A stretch of DNA of 56,771 bases from an uncultured Lachnospiraceae bacterium (GCA_964466625.1 CAYXQF010000002.1:1-56771); one strand, 5' to 3'; counted from the first letter of the stretch, positions 27,101 to 36,479 are shown. The notes: generated by a model not told the origin, from the sequence alone. A program made the numbers and translations.

Positions 27101-27916
27101 ATGAAAGCCATTATCGGTATTGACGTCGGCGGAAGCACCACGAAGATCGTTGGTTTTCGCGGCGGCGAAATGATCCCTCCGCAATTTGTCAAAGCTACGC
27201 ACCCCCTCACCTCGCTTTACGGCGCTTTCGGCAAGTTTACCGAGGAAAACAACGTGGACCTCGGAGACATTGAAAAGGTGATCCTCACAGGTGTCGGTTC
27301 TTCCTATCTCACAAAGCCGCTCTACGGTCTGCCTTGTGAACGCGCGCAAGAATTTGAATGTATCGGCAGAGGCGGCATCTATCTTTCCGAGCTTTCCGAG
27401 GCGATCGTGGTCAGCATGGGTACAGGTACAGCGATCATTCACGCCAAGGAAAGTGGCTCTGCCGATTATTTCGGCGGCACAGGCGTCGGCGGCGGTACCG
27501 TTGTGGGACTTTCCCGAAAAATGCTCGGTATGGATAGCATTGAACACATCGTGGAGCTTGCCAAAGGCGGCAGTCTTGCCAACGTCGATCTTCGCATCGG
27601 CGACATGTACAGCACGAAATCTGCGACCAGCCTTTCCGAAACGATGACGGCGGCAAACTTCGGCAAGCTTTCCGACATTGCTACCCCTGCAGATATCGCA
27701 CTCGCGATCATCAACATGGTCTTTGAAACGGTCGGCATGCTCGGCATTTTCGCCGCACGCGGACAAAATCTGCGTGACATCGTTCTCATCGGCAATTTGA
27801 CTTCCATTCCCCAGGCAAAAGAAATCTTTGAAAATCTCAACAAGCTTTTCGACATGAATTTCATCATTCCCGAAAACGCCCAATTCGCCACCGCGATCGG
27901 CGCCGCTCTCGCATAA
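27101..27916 (+). CDS. coaW: Type II pantothenate kinase (CoaW-like)
   Basis: 'MKAIIGIDVGGSTTKIV', 'GGTGVGGGTVVGL', 'MTAANFG' and 'NAQFATAIGAAL' align with my recollection of S. aureus CoaW. The start is moved to Met27 of the track ORF. Confidence 0.7.
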   Translation: MKAIIGIDVGGSTTKIVGFRGGEMIPPQFVKATHPLTSLYGAFGKFTEENNVDLGDIEKVILTGVGSSYLTKPLYGLPCERAQEFECIGRGGIYLSELSEAIVVSMGTGTAIIHAKESGSADYFGGTGVGGGTVVGLSRKMLGMDSIEHIVELAKGGSLANVDLRIGDMYSTKSATSLSETMTAANFGKLSDIATPADIALAIINMVFETVGMLGIFAARGQNLRDIVLIGNLTSIPQAKEIFENLNKLFDMNFIIPENAQFATAIGAALA

Positions 27917-27952
27917 GTTTACTTTTTTCTTTGCAAAAAGAAAAAAGTAAAC
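27917..27952 (+). terminator. Perfect 16-bp AT-rich hairpin with a GCAA loop immediately after coaW
   Basis: GTTTACTTTTTTCTTT-GCAA-AAAGAAAAAAGTAAAC. Confidence 0.5.
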
Positions 27953-27964
27953 AAAAAAGAAATG

Positions 27965-27996
27965 CCAAACTTTTCTTTACGAAAAGAAAAGTTTGG
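27965..27996. terminator. Second hairpin in the convergent intergenic region
   Basis: CCAAACTTTTCTTT-ACGA-AAAGAAAAGTTTGG. Confidence 0.45.
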
Positions 27997-28043
27997 ATCA
28001 AAAGAAACGGGTTGTTTGGTTTATACTCAAGATTTGATTTCGC

Positions 28044-28080
28044 AAAAAAACCTCCTATGGCTTTCGCCATAGGAGGTTTT
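28044..28080. terminator. Bidirectional terminator, copy 1 of a duplicated hairpin
   Basis: AAAAAAA-CCTCCTATGGC-TTTC-GCCATAGGAGG-TTTT. It is nearly identical to 28836..28878. Confidence 0.75.
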
Positions 28081-28085
28081 CATTT

Positions 28086-28652
28086 TTAAGCCTTATGCAT
28101 CGTTTCCCAAATTTTTGCGTAATCGGGTGTTTCTGCACCCATCTTTGCCGACGCAGTGCAATCACGAACCCAATTCAAAAACTGCTGTTTTTCAGCTGCT
28201 TCGTTTTTGGGTTTCAGATCGTCCACCATCTTCTCATAAAAAGCGAGAAGTCTTTGATTGGTGGTTTCCCTTGCGCGTACAATATCCGCCATATTCGCTG
28301 CAGAATCATCGCTTCCGCCATCTATCGCGCGAAAAGCCTCGTTCAAATTCGTGGAAATGATGCTGTTCGTGATCTTTTCGATCTGCGCAAGCGCATATTC
28401 AAGCGTGTAGGTCGCGGTTGTTTCGGGTTCTTTGGGGATTTTCGCCTCTGTATTTTTCATTTCTTTATTTTCTGTATTTGTCATGGTGATTTCCTCCGAA
28501 ATATTTTGTGGTTTCGGCGGACACGCAAGACAGATCGTATCTTCATCTATGAAGCGCGCCCTGCCGTGTTTTACGAGCCCTTTTGCCCGTTTCGCATAAG
28601 TCGCTTCATACCGATTGCCGGCTTCATCGACAACGTGTATCGTTTTTTCCAA
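28086..28652 (-). CDS. Hypothetical protein; the N-terminal ~40 aa resemble the RRXRR/PLMP domain, and the C-terminal region is helical (TTG start)
   Basis: 'IHVVDEAGNRYEATYAKRAKGLVKHGRARFIDEDTICL'. AAGGGGGAAG RBS 7 nt before the TTG. Confidence 0.55.
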   Translation of the reverse strand: MEKTIHVVDEAGNRYEATYAKRAKGLVKHGRARFIDEDTICLACPPKPQNISEEITMTNTENKEMKNTEAKIPKEPETTATYTLEYALAQIEKITNSIISTNLNEAFRAIDGGSDDSAANMADIVRARETTNQRLLAFYEKMVDDLKPKNEAAEKQQFLNWVRDCTASAKMGAETPDYAKIWETMHKA

Positions 28653-28835
28653 TGGGTGTCTTCCCCCTTTTATTCAATTTCGTTTGATCAGCCGACTGTG
28701 GTATGCCGGACTTTTCAAAATGATTGCTGTTTTTTGTGATGGGTGCCGTCCCCATATTTAGGATACCACAGGACTCTTACTTCCGCAAGACGGAAATTTC
28801 ACCAAATTTTCCCCATGCTTTTTGCTATTTTTTAC

Positions 28836-28878
28836 AAAAAAATCTCCTATAGCCTTCGCCATAGGAGGTTTTCTTTTT
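28836..28878 (-). terminator. Terminator after the EIIC-like gene, copy 2 of the duplicated hairpin
   Basis: AAAAAAA-TCTCCTATAGC-CTTC-GCCATAGGAGG-TTTTCTTTTT. On the minus strand it is fully paired apart from one G-U. Confidence 0.7.
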
Positions 28879-28952
28879 GGGATTCACAAGGGATACGTCC
28901 CTTGTGCAGGTTCCAAGGACAGCGCCCTTGGCGGAGTATGAGGCGGAGCCTC
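28879..28952. repeat. REP-like palindromic element, copy C
   Basis: GGGATTCACAAGGGA-TACG-TCCCTTGTG, then CCAAGG..CCTTGG and GAGGC-GGA-GCCTC. It abuts or overlaps the stop of the EIIC-like gene. Confidence 0.55.
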
Positions 28953-30039
28953 ACAAATTCAGCTTCATGTCGCCGTCTTTCACAAGACCAAGCTTGCGCA
29001 TGATAAAGTCAAAGAAAGGCGTGAGAACGGCAGGAAGAACGAAGCAAACAAGGAGAAGTCCGATCCATTGAAGCGCACCGAGCTCACCCGTGTAGCCGTT
29101 GTCTTTGTCGAGCCAGCCGAGGATCATACCAATGGGACCAAGCAGACCACAAGTACCCATACCGGAATTGATCGCCGCCGCATCATACATACGAAGACCA
29201 AAAACACAAACGGCAAGAGGACCCGTGATGGCAGAAGTTAAGATCGGTGCGATCCAGATGCAAGGATTTTTAATGATGTTCGGCATTTGGAGCATACTGG
29301 TGCCAATGCCTTGGGAGAGAAGACCGCCCCATTTATTTTCACGGAAGCTACTGACGGCAAAGCCGACCATCTGCGCACAGCAACCGGCAACCGCCGCCGC
29401 ACCTGCGATAGCAAGACCTTCCGTGCCGCCTGCCGCCACACTGCCCGTAAGCCCAAGGCTCAAACAGATCGCCGCGCTGGAGATGGGGAGTGTCAATGCA
29501 ATACCGATGACAACGGAAATGATGAGCGCCGAGATGAAAGGTGCCTGCAAAGCTGCCCAACCGATGAAATCTTTGATATAACCGACGAGCGTGCCGATCA
29601 CAGGCGCCACAAAAATGGAAAGCAAGCCACCCACCAAAAGTGTGACAAAGGGGGTCACGATGATATCCACCTTCGTTTTTTTGGAAACGAGCATACCGAT
29701 CTCTGCCGTGATGATCGCGATAAAGAAGACCGCAAGCGGGCCGCCTGCACCACCTTCGCTGTTCGCCGCATAACCCACAGCGGCGGAAGCAAACATGACA
29801 AGCGGGTGCGCACCGAGCGAATAAGCGATCGCCATTGCCATAGCAGGACCTGCCATCGCTTGCGCAAAACCGCCAATGGTGGCGAAAATACCGAGGTGAG
29901 GGATCATACCGATCGCCTTAAAGATCGTACCAATGAGAAGGGACGAAAAAAGTCCCTGCGCCATCGCGCCCATGGCGTCGATAAAATAGCGCTTACCGAG
30001 ACGTTTTGCCACGGTGCTGAACGTTTTTTTATTTTCCAT
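28951..30039 (-). CDS. PTS EIIC-like membrane protein (PTS_EIIC_2 / PfoR-like family)
   Basis: A polytopic Gly/Ala-rich membrane protein of about 360 aa ('GAMAQGLFSSLLIGTI'). No EIIA/EIIB partner lies nearby. Confidence 0.55.
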   Translation of the reverse strand: MENKKTFSTVAKRLGKRYFIDAMGAMAQGLFSSLLIGTIFKAIGMIPHLGIFATIGGFAQAMAGPAMAMAIAYSLGAHPLVMFASAAVGYAANSEGGAGGPLAVFFIAIITAEIGMLVSKKTKVDIIVTPFVTLLVGGLLSIFVAPVIGTLVGYIKDFIGWAALQAPFISALIISVVIGIALTLPISSAAICLSLGLTGSVAAGGTEGLAIAGAAAVAGCCAQMVGFAVSSFRENKWGGLLSQGIGTSMLQMPNIIKNPCIWIAPILTSAITGPLAVCVFGLRMYDAAAINSGMGTCGLLGPIGMILGWLDKDNGYTGELGALQWIGLLLVCFVLPAVLTPFFDFIMRKLGLVKDGDMKLNL

Positions 30040-30159
30040 GAGATATTTGAAACCTCCGCTGTATTTTTTTGAGAAAAATTGATGGAAAATATTATATCAC
30101 TCTGCTCTCTTTCTGTCAAGCGAAATGCTTGAAAATCCAATCTTTTTATGAATAAACTC

Positions 30160-30188
30160 TTGCACTTTCCATACAAATGCATTATAAT
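30160..30188 (+). promoter_or_regulatory. Probable pncB promoter
   Basis: TTGCAC-17 nt-TATAAT. Confidence 0.55.
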
Positions 30189-30241
30189 TTAAATATATTG
30201 CTTTGCTTTCTAAATGAAAAAAGAAATGGGAGGATCCTTTT

Positions 30242-31684
30242 ATGTTTACACACGCCAATTATACCATGCTTCTCGACTTTTACGAGCTGACCATGGCAAA
30301 CGGTTATTTCCTTTCCGGCAAACAAGACGAAATTGCCTATTTCGACGTATTTTTCCGTGATATTCCCGACGGCGGCGGCTATGCGATCGCGGCAGGTCTT
30401 GAGGAAGTCATCGACTACATCAAAAACCTGAAATTCACAGAAGAAGACATCGCATATCTGCGCGAAAAAAATCTTTTCGATGAAAGATTTTTGGAATATC
30501 TTAAAAATTTCCGCTTTACGGGTGATATTTACGCGATCCCCGAAGGCACACCGATCTTCCCCCGTGAACCAATGATGGTCGTTCGCGCACCTACCATGGA
30601 AGCCCAGCTCATTGAAACCTTCGTGCTTCTCGCTTTGAACCATCAGTCGCTCATCGCAACCAAAGCAAGCCGCATCGTTCGCGCGGCAAAAGGCAGAGTG
30701 GTTTCCGAATTCGGTGCCAGACGTGCGCAAGGTGCGGAATCCTCCATCTACGGTGCAAGAGCCGCTTACATCGGCGGTTGCCATTCCACCTCCAACACCA
30801 TCGCTGACCGTGACTTCGGCGTGAATGCTTCCGGCACGATGGCACACGCTTGGGTGCAAATGTTTGACACAGAATATGAAGCGTTTGAAGCTTACTGCCG
30901 CATTTATCCGAACAATGCAACGCTCCTTATTGATACATATAACGTCATGAAGAGCGGTCTTCCCAATGCGATCCGCGCATTTAAGGAGATCCTTGTGCCG
31001 CAAGGCATTCACAATTTTGCCGTTCGTCTTGACTCGGGTGACATCACCTATCTCACCAAAAAGATCCGCGCAAAGCTCATCGAAGAAGGTCTTCCCGAAT
31101 GCAAGATCGTCGTTTCCAACTCGCTTGACGAACATATTATTCGTGACATCATCAACCAAGGCGCGGAAATTGATGGCTTCGGCGTTGGTGAAAGACTCAT
31201 CACCGCAAAGAGCAACCCCGTTTTCGGCGGTGTTTATAAGCTCGTTGCCATGGAAAAAGGCGGCGAGATCGTGCCGAAGATCAAAGTCAGCGAAAACCCT
31301 GAAAAGATCACCAATCCTCATTTCAAAAAGGTATATCGCATCTATGATAATGACAGCAACGAAGCGGTGGCAGACTTGCTTTGTATCCATGATGAAGTGC
31401 TCAATGAAAATGAACCGATTGAAATTTTCCACCCCCAGCACACATGGAAGAGAAAAACGCTCACAAATTATCATCTGCGCGAGCTTCTCGTGCCGATCTT
31501 TGTGAACGGTGAATGCGTTTACGAATCGCCCTCCACCGAAAAGATCCGTGAATACTGCATTGACCAGGTGGCGCATCTTTGGGACGAAGTCAAGCGCTTT
31601 GAAAATCCGCACATCTATTACGTTGACCTTTCCCAGAAGCTTTGGGATCTCAAGCAGAAGATGCTCAGAGGCGATCATACATAA
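30242..31684 (+). CDS. pncB: Nicotinate phosphoribosyltransferase
   Basis: 'LLDFYELTMANGYF', 'GARRAQG' and 'GTMAHAWVQ'. Confidence 0.9.
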   Translation: MFTHANYTMLLDFYELTMANGYFLSGKQDEIAYFDVFFRDIPDGGGYAIAAGLEEVIDYIKNLKFTEEDIAYLREKNLFDERFLEYLKNFRFTGDIYAIPEGTPIFPREPMMVVRAPTMEAQLIETFVLLALNHQSLIATKASRIVRAAKGRVVSEFGARRAQGAESSIYGARAAYIGGCHSTSNTIADRDFGVNASGTMAHAWVQMFDTEYEAFEAYCRIYPNNATLLIDTYNVMKSGLPNAIRAFKEILVPQGIHNFAVRLDSGDITYLTKKIRAKLIEEGLPECKIVVSNSLDEHIIRDIINQGAEIDGFGVGERLITAKSNPVFGGVYKLVAMEKGGEIVPKIKVSENPEKITNPHFKKVYRIYDNDSNEAVADLLCIHDEVLNENEPIEIFHPQHTWKRKTLTNYHLRELLVPIFVNGECVYESPSTEKIREYCIDQVAHLWDEVKRFENPHIYYVDLSQKLWDLKQKMLRGDHT

Positions 31685-31752
31685 GAATTTTTCATCGGGC
31701 GAGGGACAAACTCTCTCGCCCATTATTTGATTTACGCAAAGGAGAACCTTTC

Positions 31753-33738
31753 ATGAAACAATCCAAATGGATCTGGCACCCCGGAGATTTTGAGCTTTAT
31801 CACAGCATGCTCCTACACAACAGAAGAAGCAAATTCGGCGTTTATTATTCCCCGATGTGGCGCATTGACGCACCGCACCGCAACGTACTTCTTTATAAGA
31901 TCGCAAACCTCGAAAAAGAAGAAAAGATCACCGTTTATTCCAATGCAAAGGACGCAAGCTTTCTTGTCAACGGCGCACGTTTCCCCGTCGGCATGACTGT
32001 AACACTTGCCCCCGGCAGAAATTTCATCAAGCTCACCGCCTTCAAAGACGGCGGTTTTCCTGCGTTTTATTGCGTAGGTGAGAGCTTTGCTTCCGATGAA
32101 ACGTGGAAGCTCGGCTCTTGGGGCGCAAAAGATCTCCCCGCAGGCACAAATGATATGTATACGGAGCTTTCCGATAATCCTGAGATCTTCAAATTCTCCT
32201 ATGAACGCATCACACCCGTTTGTGCAGAAGAAACCGACGGCGGCACGCTTTACGATTTCGGAAAAGAAACCTTTGGTAAGATCATTCTGGAAAACGTAGA
32301 ACCGAAGGACGTTTCTTGCACGCTCATTTGCGGCGAATCCCGTGAGGAAGCACTCGATCCCGAAAACGCAGTCGTTCACGTGGATATGACTGCCGAAAAC
32401 GGTTCGTTTACCTCCACCTCCGTCGCTTTCCGTTATATTTTTGTGCCTGATGCCCTCACCGATCACGATCTTTCCGCAGATTATGAATATCTCCCTCTCG
32501 AAGATAAAGGTGCATTCCGCAGTGACAACGAGCTTATCAATAAGATCTGGGACGTTGCGGCATATACGCTTCACCTCAATGCGCGTGAAGGCTTCTTCGA
32601 CGGCATCAAACGTGATCGCTGGGTATGGGGCGGTGACGCTTACCAGAGCTATTTTGTAAACTACTACCTCATGAACGATAAAGACATCGTTCGCCGCACA
32701 CAAAAGATCCTGCGCGGCGCGGACCCGATGACGATGCACATCAACACCATCTCTGACTACACCTTCTACTGGATCGCGGCGATCTGGGAATATTATTTCC
32801 ACACGGGTGACATGGCGTTTGTGCGCGCGATTTACACGGATATGCTCTCCACGATGGCGTTTGTGGGTGAACGCCTTGACGAGGAAGGTCTTTACGTCAA
32901 GCGCCGCGGCGACTGGGTATTTGTGGATTGGTCGCTCCACTTTGATAAAGACGCAGGCCCGCTTTGTGCAGAACAAATGCTTCTCTGCCGCGCTTACGAT
33001 TGCATGGCAAAATGTGCCGCTCTTATGGAAGACGGCGAAACGGAAGCAAAATTCACGACCCTTGCAAAAGATCTCCATGAAAAGATCAACGCTCGCTATT
33101 GGGACGAAGAAAAGAACGCTTTCATCGACGATTATCACACGGGCAATCGCAATGTGACTCGCCACGCAAATATTTTTGCGCTCCTTTACGGACTCACAAC
33201 GGAAGAAAGACAGAAAAAGATCATCACGTACGTCATCAAAAACCCTGAAATTCCTGCGATCACCACGCCTTATTTCGAATTTTTCGAGCTGGACGCGATG
33301 TGCCAGATCGAAGAATACGAGTATATGACCGACATGCTCAAAAGCTACTGGGGCGGTATGCTTGCGCAAGGCGCCACCACGTTCTGGGAAGAATATTTCC
33401 CCGAAAAGAGCCGTGTCGAAAACTATGCGATGTACGGTCAGCCCTATGACAAAAGCCTTTGCCACGCATGGGGCGCTTCCCCCATCTATCTGCTCGGCAA
33501 ATATGCGCTCGGCGTTCGCCCGACCTCGCCGGCTTATGCGACCTATGAAGTAAGACCGAACCTCATGTGCTTTGGTGAATTTGAAGGCAAAGTTCCTGCC
33601 ATGGACGGCATCATCAGCGTCAAGATGACAAAAACGGAAGTGACCGTTCTTTCCGATCTGGAAGGCGGCACGCTCGTCCTCGGTGAAAACACCCATCCGA
33701 TCGAAAAAGGAAAGGCACTCACCGTTGCGCTTCCGTAA
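31753..33738 (+). CDS. Six-hairpin glycosidase, GH78 (alpha-L-rhamnosidase)-like
   Basis: 'MKQSKWIWHPGD' N-terminus, 'DGIKRDRWVWGGDAYQ' and 'TFWEEY...HAWGASP'. The start is moved to Met38 (AAAGGAGAA RBS). Confidence 0.55.
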   Translation: MKQSKWIWHPGDFELYHSMLLHNRRSKFGVYYSPMWRIDAPHRNVLLYKIANLEKEEKITVYSNAKDASFLVNGARFPVGMTVTLAPGRNFIKLTAFKDGGFPAFYCVGESFASDETWKLGSWGAKDLPAGTNDMYTELSDNPEIFKFSYERITPVCAEETDGGTLYDFGKETFGKIILENVEPKDVSCTLICGESREEALDPENAVVHVDMTAENGSFTSTSVAFRYIFVPDALTDHDLSADYEYLPLEDKGAFRSDNELINKIWDVAAYTLHLNAREGFFDGIKRDRWVWGGDAYQSYFVNYYLMNDKDIVRRTQKILRGADPMTMHINTISDYTFYWIAAIWEYYFHTGDMAFVRAIYTDMLSTMAFVGERLDEEGLYVKRRGDWVFVDWSLHFDKDAGPLCAEQMLLCRAYDCMAKCAALMEDGETEAKFTTLAKDLHEKINARYWDEEKNAFIDDYHTGNRNVTRHANIFALLYGLTTEERQKKIITYVIKNPEIPAITTPYFEFFELDAMCQIEEYEYMTDMLKSYWGGMLAQGATTFWEEYFPEKSRVENYAMYGQPYDKSLCHAWGASPIYLLGKYALGVRPTSPAYATYEVRPNLMCFGEFEGKVPAMDGIISVKMTKTEVTVLSDLEGGTLVLGENTHPIEKGKALTVALP

Positions 33739-33759
33739 AAAGCGAAAGGAAAAGCCAAG

Positions 33760-33855
33760 ATGAAAATCCTTTTCCAAGGCGATTCCATCACCGATGGCGC
33801 TCGCGAATTTTTGAAAACTATAAAAGAGATTTTTGATACCCAAACAACGATATGA
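33760..33855 (+). pseudogene. 31-codon remnant of an SGNH/GDSL hydrolase gene
   Basis: 'MKILFQGDSITDGA' is the SGNH block I motif. The frame stops after 31 codons and a terminator follows directly. Confidence 0.45.
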
Positions 33856-33859
33856 CCGT

Positions 33860-33893
33860 AAACGGGCGATCCTCCCAAAGGATTCGCCCGTTT
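33860..33893 (+). terminator. Intrinsic terminator
   Basis: AAACGGGCGA..TCGCCCGTTT hairpin. Confidence 0.65.
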
Positions 33894-34033
33894 ATCTATA
33901 TATGGATATTTTTCACGTTTCTATAACCCATAAATTTTGAAAGAAAAAGTTGAGAAAAAACATAAGGAATTTCCCGTTTTCCAACGTATAATAAGTGAAA
34001 GCCAAAAAAATCCTTCAAAAAAGGAGAAAAAAC

Positions 34034-34588
34034 ATGATAGACAACGGTGCCAGTAGCTACCGCCGTTTTCTAAATGGAGAAGAAAGCGCTTTTGACGAGA
34101 TCATCAAAGCTTATCGTGAAAATCTCGTCTTTTTCATCAACCGCTATGTGCATGACATGAACGCCGCAGAGGATATTGCCGTCGATGCTTTTTTGGATCT
34201 GCTCGTTCATCGCCACCGCTATCACGGAAAAACCACGTTCAAAACCTATCTTTTTATGATCGGCAGAAGCCGTGCGCTTGATTATCTGCGGATAAAATGC
34301 CGCGAGATGACAGTACCTCTTTCGGAAGCAGAAAATGAACTGCCAAGTGTTCCCTCTCCTGAGGAATCCGTTTTTCAAAATGATGCCGCAAGAAGACTGA
34401 ATATGGCTATGGAAAATCTGCCCGAAGAAATGAAGATCGCCGTTCATCTGGTTTATTTTGAAAATCTTTCCTATGAGGAAACCGCACGCGTGATGAAAAA
34501 GACAAGAAAACAAGTGGATAACCTTTTATATCGCGCCAAAAATGAGCTTCGCTCCATATTAGGAAAGGAGGGCGTACTTCTTTTATGA
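34034..34588 (+). CDS. ECF-type sigma-70 family RNA polymerase sigma factor
   Basis: Region 2 'AEDIAVDAFLDLL...FKTYLFMIGRSRALDYLR' and region 4 'LVYFENLSYEETARVMKKTRKQVDNLLYRAKNELR'. AAAAGGAGAAAA RBS before the ATG at 34034. Confidence 0.85.
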   Translation: MIDNGASSYRRFLNGEESAFDEIIKAYRENLVFFINRYVHDMNAAEDIAVDAFLDLLVHRHRYHGKTTFKTYLFMIGRSRALDYLRIKCREMTVPLSEAENELPSVPSPEESVFQNDAARRLNMAMENLPEEMKIAVHLVYFENLSYEETARVMKKTRKQVDNLLYRAKNELRSILGKEGVLLL

Positions 34589-35220
34589 GAAGAAACGACA
34601 CGGAATTCAAAGCGGAAATTTTTCGCCGCTATGATATTCATAAGAAAAAACAACGAAAAAAATATATCACGGCAGGCTCCTCATGTGCCGCGGTCATGCT
34701 TTGTGCCGCGCTCACGTTGCCGCTCCTCACGGGCATGACAACAGAGGAAAGTGCGCCGCCTCTCACGCAGATCGAAAATGCCACCATCGCGACAACGACG
34801 GAAAGCATCGCGATACCCGACACGGTGAAGCTCTCTTTCGGTGAAAAAACGTGGGAATTTGCAGGCGAAGATGCCAAAGCCGTGATGGAATACCTCACGG
34901 AAAACCGCAGACCCGATTATCAGATATTCACCTACGGAGGTGCCACGACCACAGAAGCCACGACCTCGGAAGCAACCGCGGCGACTGACGGAAAAGACGA
35001 TGCCGCCGAGAACGGCAATTATCTTCTGACCGCATACTACCAGATGGATACGGCAACTGTCATAACGGCGGAATCCGCAACGATCTGCGGCACGTCAAGC
35101 ACAAAAAACGAGAACAGCAAAACTTATATTCTGACCGAAATTTATTGGGATTTCAAAAAGCTGGAAACGTTTTTAGATGATCTGAAAAGCGGCAAGTCCG
35201 AGGAAGGAGATACCCCATGA
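34585..35220 (+). CDS. Single-pass membrane protein, putative anti-sigma/sensor partner
   Basis: ATGA overlap with the sigma gene. It has a short basic N-terminus, one TM (AAVMLCAALTLPLL) and a Thr/Ala/Glu-rich extracytoplasmic domain. Confidence 0.45.
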   Translation: MRRNDTEFKAEIFRRYDIHKKKQRKKYITAGSSCAAVMLCAALTLPLLTGMTTEESAPPLTQIENATIATTTESIAIPDTVKLSFGEKTWEFAGEDAKAVMEYLTENRRPDYQIFTYGGATTTEATTSEATAATDGKDDAAENGNYLLTAYYQMDTATVITAESATICGTSSTKNENSKTYILTEIYWDFKKLETFLDDLKSGKSEEGDTP

Positions 35221-36479
35221 TGAAAAAACTACTGAAAACCGCCGTGAGCTTTGCACTTCTCGCTTCCATGGCGCTCGGCGCCGTCAGTTGCGGCAATGAA
35301 ACCATAGGTAGCCTCACGGACGGCATCACCCAAAACGCGGTTCGCGGCAAAAATGCCGACGAAAAATTCATCTCCTCGCAGATGGATTTCGCGGTCAAGC
35401 TTTTCCAGAGATCTTCCGCAGAAAAGGGAGAAAATACGCTCATCTCGCCTCTTTCCGTGATGTCAGCACTCGCGATGACCGCAAACGGCGCAAAAGGCGA
35501 AACCCTCTCCCAGATGGAAAAAACGCTCGGCGGAAAGCTTTCCATCGAGGAACTGAACGAATATCTCCACAGCTATGTGGAAAACCTGCCGACGAGTGAA
35601 AAAGCAAGCTTTCACCTGGCAAACTCCATTTGGGCAGATGAAGCGGATATTGTCATCAACAAAGAATTTTTGCAGACCACCGCCGATTACTACCACGCGA
35701 GCGTTTACAGCGAACCCTTTGGCGCTAAAACTGCAGACAAGATCAATGAATGGGTAGACGAAAACACCCACGGCATGATCAAAAAGATCATTGATGAAGT
35801 ACCTCCGGAGGCGGTGATGTTCCTTGTCAATGCGCTCGCTTTCGAAGCGGAATGGGCAACGCCTTACGACAAATTCTATATCAAAAACGGCACCTTCACA
35901 AACGCTGACGGTGGGGAAGTGACCGTGGAAATGATGGGTGCGAGCGAAAACTACTATCTGGAGGACAAAAACACCACGGGTTTTGTCAAAAACTACGCCG
36001 GCGGCGACTACAGCTTCGTGGCACTTCTGCCCGATGAAGATATTGCCATCGAAGACTATGTGGCAAGCCTCACGGGTGAGAAGCTGACAAAGCTTTTGGA
36101 AAATAAAACACGCACCGAAGTCAGCGCGAAAATGCCGAAATTTGAGTTCGACTACGATATCCGCCTCAACGATGCCCTGAAAGCCATGGGCATCACTAAC
36201 GCTTTCGATAACGCGGATCTTTCGGGGCTCGGCACGTCAAACGATCCGCTCTACATCAGCTACGTTCAGCACAAGACCTTTATCAAGGTCGACGCACTCG
36301 GCACGAAGGCAGGTGCCGCAACCGCGGTCGCAGTCTACGGCGAAAGCGGCTCGACAAGCATCACAAAGCCCAAGATCGTCATTCTCGACCGTCCGTTTGT
36401 CTATATGATCGTGCATAACGAAACGGGTCTTCCGCTTTTCATTGGCGCGGTAACGAACCTCGACGGCGCGGCAAACTAA
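35217..36479 (+). CDS. Serpin family protease inhibitor, lipoprotein (serpin 1)
   Basis: Lipobox 'GAVSC'. 'ENTLISPLSVMSALAMTANGAKGET', hinge 'GTKAGAATAV' and 'ILDRPFVYMIVHNETGLPLFIG'. Its start overlaps the upstream stop (ATGATG). Confidence 0.9.
   Translation: MMKKLLKTAVSFALLASMALGAVSCGNETIGSLTDGITQNAVRGKNADEKFISSQMDFAVKLFQRSSAEKGENTLISPLSVMSALAMTANGAKGETLSQMEKTLGGKLSIEELNEYLHSYVENLPTSEKASFHLANSIWADEADIVINKEFLQTTADYYHASVYSEPFGAKTADKINEWVDENTHGMIKKIIDEVPPEAVMFLVNALAFEAEWATPYDKFYIKNGTFTNADGGEVTVEMMGASENYYLEDKNTTGFVKNYAGGDYSFVALLPDEDIAIEDYVASLTGEKLTKLLENKTRTEVSAKMPKFEFDYDIRLNDALKAMGITNAFDNADLSGLGTSNDPLYISYVQHKTFIKVDALGTKAGAATAVAVYGESGSTSITKPKIVILDRPFVYMIVHNETGLPLFIGAVTNLDGAAN

Noticed and set aside
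28653-28842. The 190-nt region upstream of the 188-aa gene has long-range complementarity (CTGTGGTAT ... ATACCACAG) and small hairpins, so it might be a riboswitch.
   Set aside because: It resembles no riboswitch class I know, has no terminator or SD-sequestering helix, and no convincing promoter could be placed. I noted it as a structured leader only.
33966-33992. A possible autoregulated ECF-type promoter (GGAAT ... CGTA, overlapping a TATAAT) lies upstream of the sigma factor gene.
   Set aside because: The spacing between GGAAT and CGTA is 14 nt, shorter than the ~16-17 nt typical of ECF promoters. The -35 for the TATAAT is poor. This is too ambiguous to call.
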